Source: Basidiobolus meristosporus CBS 931.73
Lineage: Eukaryota > Fungi > Basidiobolomycota
Direction of reading: 5' to 3'
Length of the DNA: 64,000 bases
Assembly: GCA_002104905.1 (NCBI GenBank)
Contig: MCFE01000435.1
Span: 11,608-75,607, forward strand
This document shows, in pieces, positions 1 to 15,038 of this stretch. Position numbers and translations under genes: made by a program. The notes beneath the pieces are model-generated. The model had not been told where the DNA came from. It ran no database searches and worked only from the letters and a program-made list of their open reading frames with translations. Positions within the stretch are counted from its first letter, which is position 1; each line of letters opens with the position of its first letter.

Positions 1-546
1 TGCCATCATTGACGCAATTGCATGCTAACTTCTGTATGTTCTCTCTGCCAAAGCTGTGGAACCAGAGCGTTTCAGCAGAAATACTTAATGAATGGTGGAT
101 AGAGATGGAGCTACCTGTTGAGTGTTGGGTTGGGCTTAATGTTAGTGTGGGGTATAGGGACTTTTATAGGTCAATACAATTGACAATGGAGGTACAACTG
201 AAGCTTCAATGGAAGTAAAGCAATTTGTATGCATCAAATGTAGGAGAAACAGTTGAGTCAGGCAGTAAGAAGTGTGAAAAGAGGCAATAGCTAATCAGTG
301 CACACAAGCATAGGAGGTGATAGAATGTCTGGGTTCAGTAAGTGCATGAATTGGCAGGGAACCAATCAAAAGTATCTCATTAATTGTTGTAATGAGAATT
401 TTTGACCAGGTTTTTTTAAAAGCTGGGGTGCAATTGTTTTTCAGCAGTCTCTGGATGGTGACCTGATGTGATTAGTACCTCTTAGTCACAGGACTTTAAC
501 TTTGTGATGGCCTTTTGCTGGATCATTACAATGATTTCTCATATGG
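1..546 (+). mobile_element. 3' part of a CACTA-like element (accessory ORF C-terminus and degenerate terminal repeat)
   Basis: Parallels 5850-6414 and 16900-17450. ORF 9..218 matches the C-terminus of ORF 16568..17116. Ends TCTCATATGG at 546, versus TTTCATAGGG in the intact copy. Confidence 0.75.
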
Positions 547-1065
547 TGAGGAGTCTGCCTTATTCCCTTCAGTGGGCAAACTAGACTTGTTCCATTGGAT
601 AGTGCCACATAGTTCCAGCCTGTTTATAGTGCTGGAGTAATCCAGCACTCTATGGCACCATCTGGCACTATAAATTCTACCATAATGCCAGTGGTAGAAT
701 ATAGTGTCTGGTAATTTTACTCAATCTTACTTGTGTAGCTCAGAATAGGGTTTTCCTTTCTTTATTTACTCTTTGTAATGCCATAAATACACTTCTCTCA
801 GTCAATGTCTTCTTGTATGAGTATACCTGCATTAATAAGTATCTTGAAATTCACTAATACTGCTGCTTACTCCAATATATGACTTTCCTCTGTATTTACC
901 CTCCAATATGCCAAATCTATTCAGATATCAGAATGAATGCTCTACCCTCACTCTGAAATGAATAGATGTCTCATTGAAGAGCTTCTGCATCCTGCTAAGC
1001 ATACCATTCCTTGGCTTTCTATAAGCTGTAATACATCCTAATCTCTGACAATCCTCTCTTATATA

Positions 1066-4000
1066 CCCTAATGAACAATAATTTAGACCCACAGGTAGAT
1101 CCAATCCCAATCAGCCATCAGGATACAATATAGAGACCATCATAATGCCAGCAGATTGGCAAAAGTGACCCTCTTGACAAGCTTATCATGAGATCACAAT
1201 TGCATTTTGCTTATTATATGGCCATGTGAAGTTATAAAACTTCACAAGATTAGTTTAGCGCTGAAACAATAATTGCATGGCATTGTTGCAGTCTTATTGC
1301 GCTCTACAATTATTATAAATAGATCCAACCTGCCAGGACACTAAATTGCCTCAGATGGCAAAATATATGATGGTATTTCAATGGCCTCACAGCAAGACAC
1401 AGATGGCATTATAGTGGCAGTATGGTAGCCAACAGCAAGTCCTATATAATGCTGCCACACCAATTCACCAAATAGGAAATCCTTTTTCTACCTTCTCTTG
1501 TACAATTCATATATTCTACTGTAGAATCACTCCTCTTTACTTGCTTACCCACAACTACCTGGGGTATTCACATATAGTTTGAATCAAAAAAAACATTGGC
1601 CTCCTACTTACCAACCTCTACAAACACACACACCTGCTACAATTAACATTCTTCTATCACCTCAACTTTACGGTTTCTTAGTATGATTCTTGCAAAGTTG
1701 CCATGACATCTTGTACTGCCTGTAACATATAAATCTTGTAAATGTATGCTCACTTGTTGCCACTTCTGCCATGAATACCTCCTAAGTATCCACAAAAACC
1801 CTCTTGGTATTAAACCAATATATTCCTTCTCCCTGCTGTACTCTAGTGCCCCTTATATGTGCACTCTGGCTCTTGTTTGTGTGAATTCTGTATTGAATGG
1901 TGTATTAGCTGGCTTGTGACCAAGAGAAATCTGGCATACCTTGGTAGAGTTTTCCTAATAAAAGCTAGTTGCTTGTTGCACCCAACCCAACTTTGCATTG
2001 CTTTACTGATTACCCATGCATTGGCTCAGCTCAGCATGTTAATGACATAGGCATAGGTGTCTCAATGTGCACATATGCCCTCAGTACTTTTCATTTCTTC
2101 CTGGCTGTCCTCCATGTACAAACTCAACACATATATGACAGACTTGAAGGTAATATTTGTAATAAGATTGGGATATAGTAGTACCTGAAACTTGACTTGT
2201 CTTCCTATCTCCCCACACATCCACTGCATAGTAAATTCTCAGAAGGTGAAGCAAGGCCCAATATTCTTCACACACCATGCAAAATGGAGTAGAAAATGCA
2301 TGCAGCAGCAGCAGAGATCTATGAGTCTGGCTTTATGTTTGCAGCATAGCCATTCAAACCCTGCCACAAACTCCTCTCACAACAGCTGTAGATGTGTCAA
2401 GTTGGCATTGGTGATCTGCTTCTGGACAAATACTCCTATAATGTCCATGTAATACTCCCATTGCTACCAATGTACGCTTGGTAGGAATGGCTTCAGAGCA
2501 CACATTAAATAAATATATATCTAGTTTATCCAGTGTTTGCATTTTTATTGTTGCATATGTGTATAAGTATTGATTGGAGCACATGAGAAGTACTTAGGGT
2601 AGCAGATACTCTGCAAAATCTTGCCAATTCTTTCAAACTTCTCTGGTATTGTGAAGGACTCATTTAGCTTGAAATGCCCCATGAGCAACTTGGTCATCAG
2701 CATAGGGATATTGTTGAAAAGCAAATGCATTGCTCCTAGTGGAAAGCTTTTGCTCCAACATGTTCCCTCTATCTTAAGCATCTCTGGTCTTCAATTGATT
2801 CCATATTCTGGCCAATGGCTTATAGCTTGGCAACTTTGCTGCAATTGCATGCTGACTTGTGTATTTACTCTCTGTGGAAAGATGATGTTCTTAGTGCTGG
2901 TGTTTGGGTATTAATAATGTGTGTAGGTTATGGAGTAAGTCCCCTGGATCTCACATATTTGACAGCAATACTGTTCATTGTGCCTGGAAAAACCTGCTAT
3001 CTTGCTGACAGATGCGGCATCCCCAATGCAGCTATTAATATGTGTTTTACATAATGGCCATTTACTATTATCCTGCTGGAAAGCATACAGAATTAATCCA
3101 GCAATGGATACAGGTTGCTATCCAGGTTGGATGGTGATCTAGGCCCAGATATCAGGGAGACTATCATCATATTATTGCTCTGATACCAGAAGATGTGTGG
3201 CCAATCAGGTTGATGAGAACTAGTAGCTATTGGGATTTGCTGGTAGAGTACTTGTTTAATGAGAGTCCATCAAGTGCTACAGCAAAGGCATGGTCATACA
3301 TGCCCTCAAAGAAGCCCTTGCTTCTTAGCTGTTTCTAATGTTTACCATCAAATATATTGGATAGGTTTGCGCTTGAGTGATATTGAGTGCAGTGCTGTAT
3401 AGCTATTCAATATTTGTTAGACTGCATTAGCTTCCTTAGTTGGGGTATGACTAGAATATATCCCAAGTGTGAATAATGTTTTCCCTCAATGGTGGTGGAT
3501 TCCTGACCATTTGAACATGTTGCAATGGTAGCATTTATAAAGCCTAGAGGCAGCGCAAACTCACCTAACTCAATTTGCGTAAGGTGACATAAATGGCCAG
3601 GTGCAAGTATAGAAGTTTCAACTGGCAGGCAAGATAATTTTGTACAGTAGTAACCAATGAGTGGTCAAATATGGCCTGAGTGGCAAAATACTGGCTGTGA
3701 TCCTTGTAGCACTTCCTATGCTGCCTGCAAGCTTCAGGGCTGAGAGGCTTGCAACAATAGCCCCATGGATGTATTTCTCTTCTCTTATGGCATTGAGTCA
3801 TAGTAGTCTTGTTCATGGTACAAACAGTTTGACCTTCAATAATATAACACTATTATATCACTTTTTTGTCAATACTCATGTGAATTTAAGACAGTCTTGT
3901 ATTTGAGACATTGCACCTACATGGATGTAAGATTCAATTTTGACCTGTCATAGTAAGCATCATAGATAAAGTTGTGAGACCACATGCATACATATATGTA

Positions 4001-6414
4001 ATACTATTTCCTCATTGGTTTGACTCACTTCCATATATATGCCACCAAAAAACAAAGCAAAGCTGTCTGGTTTGTAACCAAATGCCACTGCTGATGGTGG
4101 CAGAAGAACTGTTGGACAACAGCTTGCTTTGCCAATCAGTGCAACAAGCAGGGCTACATCCAAAAAAGGCCATGTTATTCGTGTGCCCACTGAAGATAAT
4201 AATGCAGACTCCTCAGGCTCTCTGTCAGTTAGAAATTGAGAACCTCTGAGGAGCCACAAGCTGATGATTATGCTCAGGCAGATGAGAATGCAGCAAATGC
4301 AGTCGCATTAGTTGAAGACCTGCCAGTAGCCTTCATAACATCACCACCTCCCATATTAGCAAGTATGTTGTTGGCTCATACCAAAGCATTAATAAAGCCA
4401 TTAGTTGCAGTGGCTGATAGGATAGATGCAATGGTCCTGAGAAATCAGGAAATAGTCTAGAAACAGGATGAGTGGAAATACATGTATAGGAATCAACATC
4501 CCAGGTAGAGAAAGCAGTATCTTTGCTGCAAGGAAGGAACTCAAGTAGCTCAATGTCATAGCCAAGAATTATGCCATTTCCCAATGTAATGGTAGAGGAA
4601 CACTGTACAGTCTTGGAAGCACAACAACAGTGCCCAATGATAAAGGCTACAGAATAACCTATCACAGTGTGGGAAGGAGACAATGTGGTATTTATACCTA
4701 AGCCTATAAATCAAAAGACATTGAAGATCAATGAGTCCGTTGAGTGCAATAATGAATAGTGGGCTAATATTCAAGAGGCCATCAGAAGTCTAGCACACCA
4801 TGACCTTAAGGCCAGCATACCATGGAACATCAGGAGCTCAAGGCCAAGCAGAGTGCACTTGACTTGTTGCCTGAGCATTATCCTGGATCCAAACAGGCAA
4901 ACCAATTTTGGGCCAGCATTGGTATGCTAAGAGAGTATCTTAAGGATAGCAGAAACAATCAAAGGCAGAAGAACAAGGGTGCCATGGCCAAAAACCAGCA
5001 GCTTCCTCAAGAGCCTGTTACAAGCAGGACCTAAAGCTCCAGACAAGCATCAAAGCGACAGCAGGTAGCTGGAAAAGTGCCAATTAGGGACAAGCAGCCA
5101 AACACAGATGCTCCAGCACAGCATTTTATCAAGTAAACAATGTGGTACCACTCAATTAGCACTCAGCCAAAGTAGCAGTGAAGGTCCTGTCAGTGATAAA
5201 CGCCAGCAGCTTTTGCAGGAGCCTTTCACAACTACAATCCAGAGCTCTAAACAAATGGAGAACAAGCATCAGGCTGCCAGAAGAGGGCCAGCATGGGACA
5301 AGCAGGCCAAAATAGATGTGTCAGAGCATAATTTATCATTAAGAAAATGTAGTTCAATGCAAGAAGCACTCCAACAAAGTGATAAATGAAAAGGTTAAGG
5401 GAAAGGTGTCTACACTGGCCCAAAACAAGGAGTCATGCAAGAAAAATTGCAGTTCCTACCAATCAACACCACAAGCCCAGAACAGACTGAATTCCATCAT
5501 AGCCACAAAGAATATACCAACAAGAAAACATCTGTTTTCACAAGAGTTGGAAGCACTGCCGGTGGATCCACACTGCAGCAAGGTAGATGGTTTGCAGAAA
5601 AAGGCAATTCATCTATCACAGAATCCATATCCTCTGTTGCTGACAGAGTGGAGATCCCACTGACAGACCAGGCTACAAGTGTCAAGAGCTCAAAAGACTA
5701 TCACACTGCCTTCAGTGGAACTTTGGGACATTAATAGGCACACCAAGAGGTTGAAGCACTACTTCAAGTGCAGTGCTCAAGAAGACACACTGGATTATTG
5801 CAAGGATTGATTGAAAGACTTGCAAATGAGGTGCTAGACTTTGCAGTTCAGGCTGAAGACCGGGATGTGTGGGAACTAGTGAATAAACAATGCCATAAGA
5901 GCTGTTGGGTTCCCACCAAAGTTGTGGAACCAGAGTGTTACAGCAGAGATACTTATTGAGTGATAGATTTCAATGTAGTTACTTGTTGAGTGTGGGGTTG
6001 GGCTTAATGTCAGTGTAGGGTATAGGGACTTGTATAGGTCAATACAATTGGCAATTGAGGTACAACTGAAGCTTCAATGGAAATTAATCAATTTGTATGC
6101 ATCAAAAGTAAAGAAATGGTTGAGTCAAGAAGTAAGGAGTGTGAAAAGAGGTAATAGCCAATCAATGTACACAAGCATAGGAGGTGATAGGATGTCTGGG
6201 ATTAGAAAGTGAGCAAATTGGCTGGGAATCAATCAAAAGCCACTAATATATCAATGTGATGAAAATTTTTCTCCAGGTTTTTTTAAAAGCAGGAGTGTAA
6301 TTATTTTTCAACAGTCTCAGGATGGCATCCTGACAGATTAGTACTGCCTAGTCACAGGACTTTATCTTTGTGATGGCCTTTTGATGGGATCATTATAATA
6401 ATATTCCAGTAGGG
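1066..6414. mobile_element. CACTA-like (CMC/EnSpm, Transposase_21/Tnp2) element, full span, degenerate
   Basis: Starts CCCTAATGAA, ends CAGTAGGG, with TATA on both flanks. Tnp2 remnants on - (2354..3816) and accessory ORF remnants on + (3974..6212). Colinear with 11981-17450. Confidence 0.8.
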
Positions 6415-6482
6415 TATATGCCAAGTCTGCCATATATTTCACCCTATACTGAGTCTGGGATGATTCTCTACCCAGAGTACTT

Positions 6483-6927
6483 TGTCATGCCTACTTCCAG
6501 CAAATGACCCACTAAGCCAGATTATGTTGCCCTCAATGCAGGACAGTGCTTGATACTTCACACAGTATGCTTTGTACTTGTCAGAATAAAAGTGTCTCTG
6601 CTCACCAGAAGGTCTGTTGATCCTGACTGGGAGGTATCCAGAATACTGCTTATATTGAACCTGTTGCTGAACACTCAGGGATACGGTGTGGTGGGGTAAA
6701 CATACCTCCCACAGACAAGTTTATTCATATAGTCATTATGATATACTTATCCATATTTTATCTTATCAGTATTATCCCATTCTTCTTTTGCCCATATTAT
6801 CAGTATTATCCCCATATGATGTTTACCCTGATTAGTTATTAGCATTAGTTTATCCCAGATGTTATTCAGCTTTGTGATCAGTAGATGTATCTATATAAGG
6901 CAAGTACCCGCGTCAGTACCCGTGACA
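6483..6927. repeat. Possible solo LTR
   Basis: TGTCATG...CGTGACA inverted termini and an internal TATA-like TATATAAG. No matching TSD found. Confidence 0.3.
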
Positions 6928-6985
6928 CATGACCTAGGTCTGTGTTACCATCCCTACCATTTTAATACCATATATGGTATTTCTA

Positions 6986-7493
6986 TGTTGCACAGGTCTC
7001 AGACTACTGATTCCTGATTGGTTGAGGGTGCTGTGCCTTTTAGAACCTTCCAGGACATTCTTGGCATATTTTTAGCTCATAGTGATGTCATCAAGAATTC
7101 CACTGATACCTAGAATCTTCTAGAACCTTGTCATTAGTAATCACTTGGCCATCAGGAAAAGTATTTAGGGAATGCAATCCCTCATCAATAAATCATCCCT
7201 TCTATCAGTAACACTTCTACCTTATTGATTAGCAGTTGATCACTGCACCTGCCTTCAACAGTACATCTCAGACCTGCAATCAAGGAGCTTTTCAGGGTAG
7301 TGCACAAGACACACAGAGGCCTTTGGAGACACTTGGAGCACCTAGGAAGCTAGAGAAGCAGGAGCTTTTACCATAGTGGCATAATGACAAAGACACCAGC
7401 AGTTTAGACACATAGGTTATTGCACCCATCAGACACCTCACACACCTTGAGTTGTGTAGTTTCTCCCAGGAGTACCTCTACACCACCACAACA
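6986..7493. repeat. Possible solo LTR
   Basis: TGTTG...CAACA termini, about 500 bp, non-coding. No matching TSD found. Confidence 0.3.
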
Positions 7494-10400
7494 GAAGTCT
7501 ATTGGAGTTTCTTTAACTAATATTCCAAGCATGCTCTAAGTCTTTCATACCCTTTGCAAGGTGGTTCCCTGTTGCTGTCAGCAGGGAATGAAAGCTCCTA
7601 GCATCTTTGTTGCCATGGATGGTATGATGAAACCTTGTAGGGCAATAACTCTTGTAAGAGCAGAGAAGCTTAACAAGGGATTTCCTTGAGTAGATTGGGG
7701 TACCAGGTCCACAGTACTTGGTATAGATCTCCTTTAGTGTGTCAAAAGGAAATCCAGTGGTAGGATGGAATTGATGAGAAAAGAGCATTCAGATGAGTAA
7801 GCCATATTAAAACTGGTCAATGCTTGGGGTGAGGTGCCTTGGGTTGGTTTAGTGCAATTAGCTTTATTTATCTGACTTTCCATGCATTATGATTTAAAGC
7901 CCATCAATTGCCATATATCCTATCATTATGCTGCAAAAATCAACCTCAAACAATGTCTTGGTATTTTATTAATGCGTTATTGATAATTCTATAATCAAAT
8001 AAGAAATCTGCAATTAATGGGATCTGATCCATGTCAATGCAATCCAAGATCCATCATGCATAATATATGAAAGACTTGGCAACCACATTTGTTTTTGTAC
8101 ATATTTCATATAAGACCAGGTTGATGTCAATACACTACTGTATAAGTATGCAAATTGGTCACTATGGTCCCCATACCAAGTCTTAACTCATCTTTAGTAC
8201 AACCCAGACAAAGCCCATCCCCTAGCCCACAAGCATGGTCTGGACTGGAAAAGTTGATGCTGGATTAGTTTGAGTTCTTGCCAACTGACTTTGGTATGGC
8301 CCAAGTGTCTTTGATGACCCTTCATAGAGATATGTGGGTGCTACTCATTAATCAAGCAGAGCTAGATACCTTAGAGAGTCAACAGAGATGGAGGAACCTG
8401 AGTAGAAAGCTGTGGCATGAGGTCTACATCATGATGCCAATGGATGTATATAAGAAGATATATAAGAAGACAAGTATTGAAATCAAGAATGAGCTGAGAG
8501 TGAGGGGATTTGATAAGGAAGCTGCATGCAAACAATTTTGCACGCAATTTGCTCAGTACAGCCTGGATGTGTCTGTTTGTGCCTTAACTTTGGAAACCAA
8601 AGAGATCTGAATCAGTTTTTGCCTCAAATGAATAATGTACTATGTGATATATTAGTAGAGCTAAGTGGCTTCCAAGAGCAATATACACAGGACTCATCCA
8701 GGCAACAGTTCCAAAGTATGGGACACAGGGTAAGTGGATACCTTGAGAAATCAGAAGGTGAGCTTCAAAAGAAAGAATGCCAACCACAAGCAACAGCATT
8801 CAGATTGCACCAGCACACCTTGCTGGATTCCTTACCATCCTCTGCAACTTCAGCATGCCAGCACATGTCTGTCTAATCCATGCCAACACCCTTCACAAGG
8901 GCATCCTGCATCAAGTCAATGCACAAACTTCAGAGCAAAGCTACCAGAACTTGCCAAACTGCTCATTTAGACGCAAGTCCATTGGAGCAGGCAAAGATAT
9001 GTTAGCAAGCAACATCATATTGAACTCAGCCAAGGGTCATGGCAATTCATCAAGTTGTGCCTGCATGTGCTGTTACTCCTTACCATCCGCAAGTTACTTC
9101 TGGTGAACTGACTAATGATGACCCACATGGCATGCCTTCACTGCCAGGGCCTTTGGCAAGTAAAAGACATATCAGCATGTAGCACAGCAGGCCAGTTCAG
9201 TAGCATCATCTGGAGCAATTAAGTGCAGCCAAGCTGTGCATTGCACTCATCAACTAGAAGGCAAAATACTGACTACAAGTACAAAAGTAGCCAAGATGAT
9301 AGTCAACAAGGAAGTAGTTTAGGTGTGCAAAGTGAATCACTACCAAGTGCTTCAGTAGTAATCCCTGTGAGAAAAATACCTAGGAGAAGATGATGCAATT
9401 GAATGGAGTTCTTATTATTGTCATGATCCAAATAATGCATTTTTTTGCAATCCAAATCAAGTTTTTGCAAATTAGTGATCACCAAATTTTTGATATAAGT
9501 AATATCAAGGTTGTCTCACATTTGAGACAGTACCCCTATAAATGAATATCCTACATAAATTTACATCATCTGTAACACCAGTGCAGCCATTTGATCAGTT
9601 TTGCATCTACCCAATTGTTTGCATGCCAGCATTGACACCTTGTGCAATCACTAGGATCAGGGATTTACTTGCTCAATGAGAAAATTGGAATATTGGATAG
9701 CAAGTCAGGTAGCTTGTATAATGGTCAAAGAGCCAATTGAGGGCTGACAGTTTCAGGATACTTTTGGACCAATTAACCACTAAGATACCATCAAATTAGA
9801 GTGATGGTAACATAAACATTAAGTATCAGTGTAGTTTATAGTGTTATATTCATTTATTTCCATTTACATTAAAGAAACATATTGTAATACTAGATTTTAC
9901 CTACCATAACATTGGTATCCAATTGCACACATAATGCAAACATTACATGTTGGTGCAATCATACGTGCCAACTGCATTATGTCAGATTGTGCCATAGTGT
10001 GCAAGATTGTCCCACATAGTGCAAAATTGTCCAAGAGCAATCCTGCCTACTGGTAGCTAAAATGTAATTCTTGATTGTTCTTTACAACTGCAGATTACAC
10101 CATGTGCCCTGGCATGGTACAATGGAACAAGTCTATAGTCCACAGGGCCTTTTTTGGTTGTAGCCCTGCTTGTTGCACTGGACTTCAAAGCAAGCTTTGG
10201 TCCAACTGTTCTTCTGCTGCCATCAGCAGTTGGGCTTGTTTGGGAATCTGATGACTTTGCTTTATGTTTTGGCGGCATATAAATGAAAGTGAGTCAAACC
10301 AAAGGGGAAATAGTATTACATATACATGTGTATGTGGTGTCACAACTTTATTTATATTGCTTACTATGGCAGGTCATCATGGAATCTTACATTCATGTAG

Positions 10401-10522
10401 GTTCAATGTCTCAAATACAAAACTGTCTCAATTTCACATGAGTATTGACCAAAAAGTGATATAACAGCATTATGTTGTTGAAGGTCAAACTGTTTACCCC
10501 ATGAACAAGACTAGTTTGATTT

Positions 10523-10869
10523 TGTTGTAAAAATTTGTATTTCCACCTAAATATTCACCTAACTTAGTCACTTAGATCATTACCTTCAAATCCTAGAGAA
10601 TACTGACCAAATTCCTTGTTGGGATTTACTTGGAATATTTTCACCAAAATACCAGGTACCCAGAACATGAAAATTCCAAAGTTTCCAAACAGCCCCAAAC
10701 TTTGCACACATGTTCTTAGGACCTTCCGTAACCTATTCTATGTGTTTGTAATGCCAAGACCAGGTAAAAGTATCTATACTACTTTTACATTCAATAAATC
10801 ATTAAGTGAGAACCACATAATCTACTTGTTCTCCCAATCACTTCCAATATCTCCAAGACTCTTATAACA
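10523..10869 (+). mobile_element. Ty1/copia solo LTR (family LTR-A, 347 bp)
   Basis: TGTTG...TAACA with perfect 5-bp TSD GATTT on both sides. Homologous to the LTRs of the copia elements at 21121-25455 and 25917-26265. Confidence 0.9.
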
Positions 10870-12437
10870 GATTTGACGCCATAAGAGAAGAGAATTAAGT
10901 CCATGGGACTATTGTATCAAGCCTCTCAGCCATGAAGCATGCAGACAGCATAGGAGGTAATGCAGGGATCATGGCCAGTGTTTATACCACACAAGCCATG
11001 TTTGATCATTCAGCAATCACTACTGTCCCAACATTATCTTGCTGGCCAATTCATAGTTCTATACTGGCACATGTCCACCTTTGTAACCTTGCACAAACTG
11101 AGTCAGTTGAGCTTATGATGCTTTTAGGCTCACATTAGCCTTCTGAATATGGCACTCAGAGTGGTAGCTCTGATAAATAAGGCTCACTGATGGATTGTGA
11201 GCCTATCTCCCCTGACAACAGTACTATGCATGATACTGGTTAAATCCCAATATGCAATGAGACAACACCTGTTGAAACCATTGCTGAGGATACTCTATGG
11301 AGCCAAGTGAGCCCAGTAATCCATCTACTGGTGAGTGATGTGATGTTGTGGCTAGAAAAGTAACACATTTCCACTAATATCAGAAATGGGAGCTTTGAGG
11401 ATTTATTATTACTTCTTGCCAAAATGATTCCAGGATGGAACTTACCATGTACATGGTACAAGTGGACTACCATCGTGCAGCTGGCAACATATGATCCAGA
11501 GACTGCCCTGATTCCAGGATATGTTCAAAGTTGAATTGCATTCACATCCAAAATGCTACCATGGCAACATGTCCAAATTGTCAGGAATCCACTACCATTG
11601 AGGGAAAGCATTTTTCACACTCTGGATATATTCTTGTAATACCCCATCTGAAAGTAGCCTATGCAGTCTCACCACTATTGCTAAGCTATACAGAATTGCA
11701 CTCAGTATCAATCAAGTGCAAATATATCTAATATATTTAATGCCAACCATAATAAACAGCTAAAAAGCATGGGCTACTTTGAGGCTATCTATGACCATGC
11801 CTTTGCCTTGGCACTTGATGGATTCTCATTAAACAAGTACTCTACCAGCAAATCCTGCTGGCAACTGATTCTCATCAACCTGAATCTGCCACCCATCTCA
11901 TGGTATCAGAGCAACAATCCAATTGTAGTCTCACTGGTATCTGGGCCTAAGTCACCGTCCAACCTGAATAGCTACCCATACCCTATGAAAAATAATTTGT
12001 TCCTGCAGGTGGATCCAATCTACATCAGCTGTCAAGATGCTGTTTAGAGACGGTTATAATAGCAGCAGCTTGGAATTAGTGACCCTCCTACCAATCTTAT
12101 GACAAGATCATGATGGTGTTTTACTAATTTTACAACCAAATAAAGGGATAAAACTTGACAATATTTTATTTGCACTGACAATATTTGCATGATATTGTTG
12201 AGGTCTTTCAGCACTCCATAACTATTTTAAGTGGATCCAGTTGGCCAGGACATCCAATTGCCTTAAATGGCAAGAAACTTGACAATATTTTGACAGCCTC
12301 ATAGCCAGATTCTGATGGCATTATACCGGCAGTATGATGGCCTACTGCTTCTGCCATGAATACTTCCTGAACATCTGCAAGGAACTTCTTGGTATTTAGC
12401 CAATATATTCCTTCTCCCTGCTGTATTCTAGTCCCCC

Positions 12438-14817
12438 TTATAGGTGCACTCCAGCTTTTGTTTGCGTGAATTCCATATCAAATGGTGTAGAAGTTGGCTT
12501 GTGACCTTCAGAAATCTGGCATATCTTGGTAGAGTTTTCCTGATAAAAACTGGTGGCTTGTTGTACCCCATCCACCTTTGCATTACTTAACTGATTGCCC
12601 ACACATTGAGGCTGCTTAGCTTCTAAATGCATAGGCATAGGTGTCTCCATGTGCACATTTGTCCTCATATTTTCAAACTCTTTCTGGCTGTCCTCCATGT
12701 GCCAACTCATCAGATTCATGATGGACTTGAAGGTAATATTCTTGATGAGATTGAAATATGATAGTACCTGCAACTTGACATGTCTTCCTATCTCCCCACA
12801 CATCAGCTCCATAGGAAACTACCAAAAGGTGAAGCAAGGCCCAATATTATCCACATGCTGTGCAAGATGGAGTAGAAAATGGATACAGTAGCGGCAGAGA
12901 TCTATGCATTTAGCTTTATATTTGTAGTATAGCCACTCCAATCCCATCACAAACTCCTCACACAACAGCTGTAGATGTATCAAGTTGGCATTGGTGATCT
13001 GCTTCTGGATATATTTTCCTTCAGTGTCCAAATATGACTCCCAATGCTTCCAATGTACTCTTAGTAGGAATGTCTCAAGAACTCCACTTGAATAAATACA
13101 TATCCAGTTCCACCAGTCTTTGCATTTGTATTGTTGCATATGCATATGAATATTAATTGGAGCCTGTGAGAAGTACTTAGGGTAGCAGATACTCTGTAAT
13201 ATCTTGCCAATTCTTTCAGATCTCTCTGGTATCTCAAAGGGCTCATTTAGCTTGAAATGCCCCATGTACAACTTGGTCATCAGTATAGGGATATTGCTGA
13301 AAAGCAAATACATTGCTGCCAGTGTAAAGCTTTTGTTCCAACAGACACCCTCTATCTTGAGCATCTCTAGTTTCCAATTGATTCCATATTCTGGCCAATG
13401 GCTTACAGCTTGCCAACTTTGCTGCAATTGCATGATGAGTTATGTATGTTCTCTCTGTGGAAAGATGATGCTCTTAGTGCTGGTGTTTGGGTATTAATAA
13501 TGTGTGTGAGTTATGGTGTAAACCCCCTGGATCTCACCCATTTGACAGCAATGCCATCCATTGTGCCCAGAAAAACCTGCCATCTTGCTGATGGCTGGGG
13601 TATCCCAATGCAGATAGTAATATGCACTTTTACATGATGGTCATTTACCATTATCCCACTGGAAAGCATACAAGATTCATCCAGCAATGGATGCAGGTAG
13701 GTATCCAGGTTGGACGGTGATTTAGGCCCTGATACCAGTAAGACTACCATCAGATTATTGCTCTGATACTGTAAGATGGGTGGCAGATTCAGATTGATGG
13801 GAATCAGTGGCTTACAGGATTTGCTGGTAGAGTACTTGTTTAATGAGAATCCATCAAGTGCTAAGGAAAATGCATGGTCATACATATCTTCAAAGTAGCC
13901 CTTCCTTCTTAGCTGTTTGTATTGTTTGCCATCAAATACATCTGATATGTTTGCGCTTGGTTAATACAGGGTGTAGTACTGTATAGCTTTGAAATATTTG
14001 TTGGACTGCATCAGCTTCCTCAAATGGGGTATGACCAGAATATATCTGGAGTGTAAACAATGTTTTCCCTCAATGGTGGTGGATTCCTGACAATCTGAAC
14101 ATGTTGCAATGGTAGATTTTTGGATGCAAATGCCATGCAACTGTTTACATATGCTGGAATCAGAACAGTCTCTGGATCATATGTTGCCAGCTGCATGACG
14201 GTAGTCCACTTGTACCATGTACATGGTAAGTTGCATACTGGTATGATTTTGGCAAGATGTAGTAATAAATCCTCAAAATCCCCATTACTAATATTAGTGG
14301 AAACGTGCCACTTCTCTAGCCACAACATTACATCATTTACCAGTAGATGGAATACTGAGCTCACTTGGCTCAATAAAGTATCCTTGGCATTGGTTTCAAC
14401 TGGTGCTCTCTCATTGCATATAGGGATTTGACCGGGCTTATATGTGGTACTGTTGTAAGGGGAGATAGGCTCAAAATCCAGCAGTGAACCTTCTTTGTCA
14501 GAGCTATCACTCTGTATGCCATATTCAGAAGGCTGAGGTGAGCCTAAAGGTGTAAGAAACTCACCTGACTCAGTTAGTGCAAGGTGACAAAGATGGCCAG
14601 GTGCCAATATAGAAGTATCAACTGACCAGCAGGATAATGTTGAAACAGTAGTGATCAATGAATGGTCAAATATGACTTGGGTGGCAAAATACTGGCTATG
14701 ATCCTTGTAATACTTCCTATGCTGTCTAAGTGCTTCATGGCTGAGAGGCTTGCCACAATAGCCCCATGGATTAATTTCTCTTCTCTTATGGTGTTGAGTC
14801 AAAGTAGTCTTGTCCAT
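12438..14817 (-). pseudogene. Tnp2/Transposase_21 family transposase, disrupted
   Basis: LALDGFSLNKYSTSKSCKPLIPINLNLPP...VSGPKSPSNLDTYLHPLLDE is the Transposase_21 core. Broken into several ORFs by stops and frameshifts. Confidence 0.8.
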
Positions 14818-15038
14818 GAGTCAAACAGTTTGATCTTCAACAATGTAACACTATTATATCACTTTTTGGTCAATGCTCATGTGAACTTAGGACAGTTGTG
14901 TATTTGAGACATTGCACCTACATGAATGTAAGATTCCATGTGACCTGCCATAGTATGCATTATAAATAAAGTTGTGGCACCACATACACATGTATATGTA
15001 ATACTATTTCCCCTTTGGTTTGACTCAATTCTGTATAT

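Larger units (their letters stand above)
582..10135 (-). mobile_element. PIF/Harbinger/ISL2EU-like DNA transposon (DDE_Tnp_4), decayed, carrying nested insertions
   Basis: Termini TAGACTTGTTCCATTG (582) and CAATGGAACAAGTCTA (ends 10135). Flanks rejoin the CACTA accessory ORF. ORF 928..1110 (AYRKPRNGMLSRMQKLFNETSIHFRVRVEHSF) resembles the DDE_Tnp_4 C-terminus. ADLAY (DxGY-like) lies at about 6415-6432 on -. Putative N-terminal part at 7513..7788. Confidence 0.6.
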
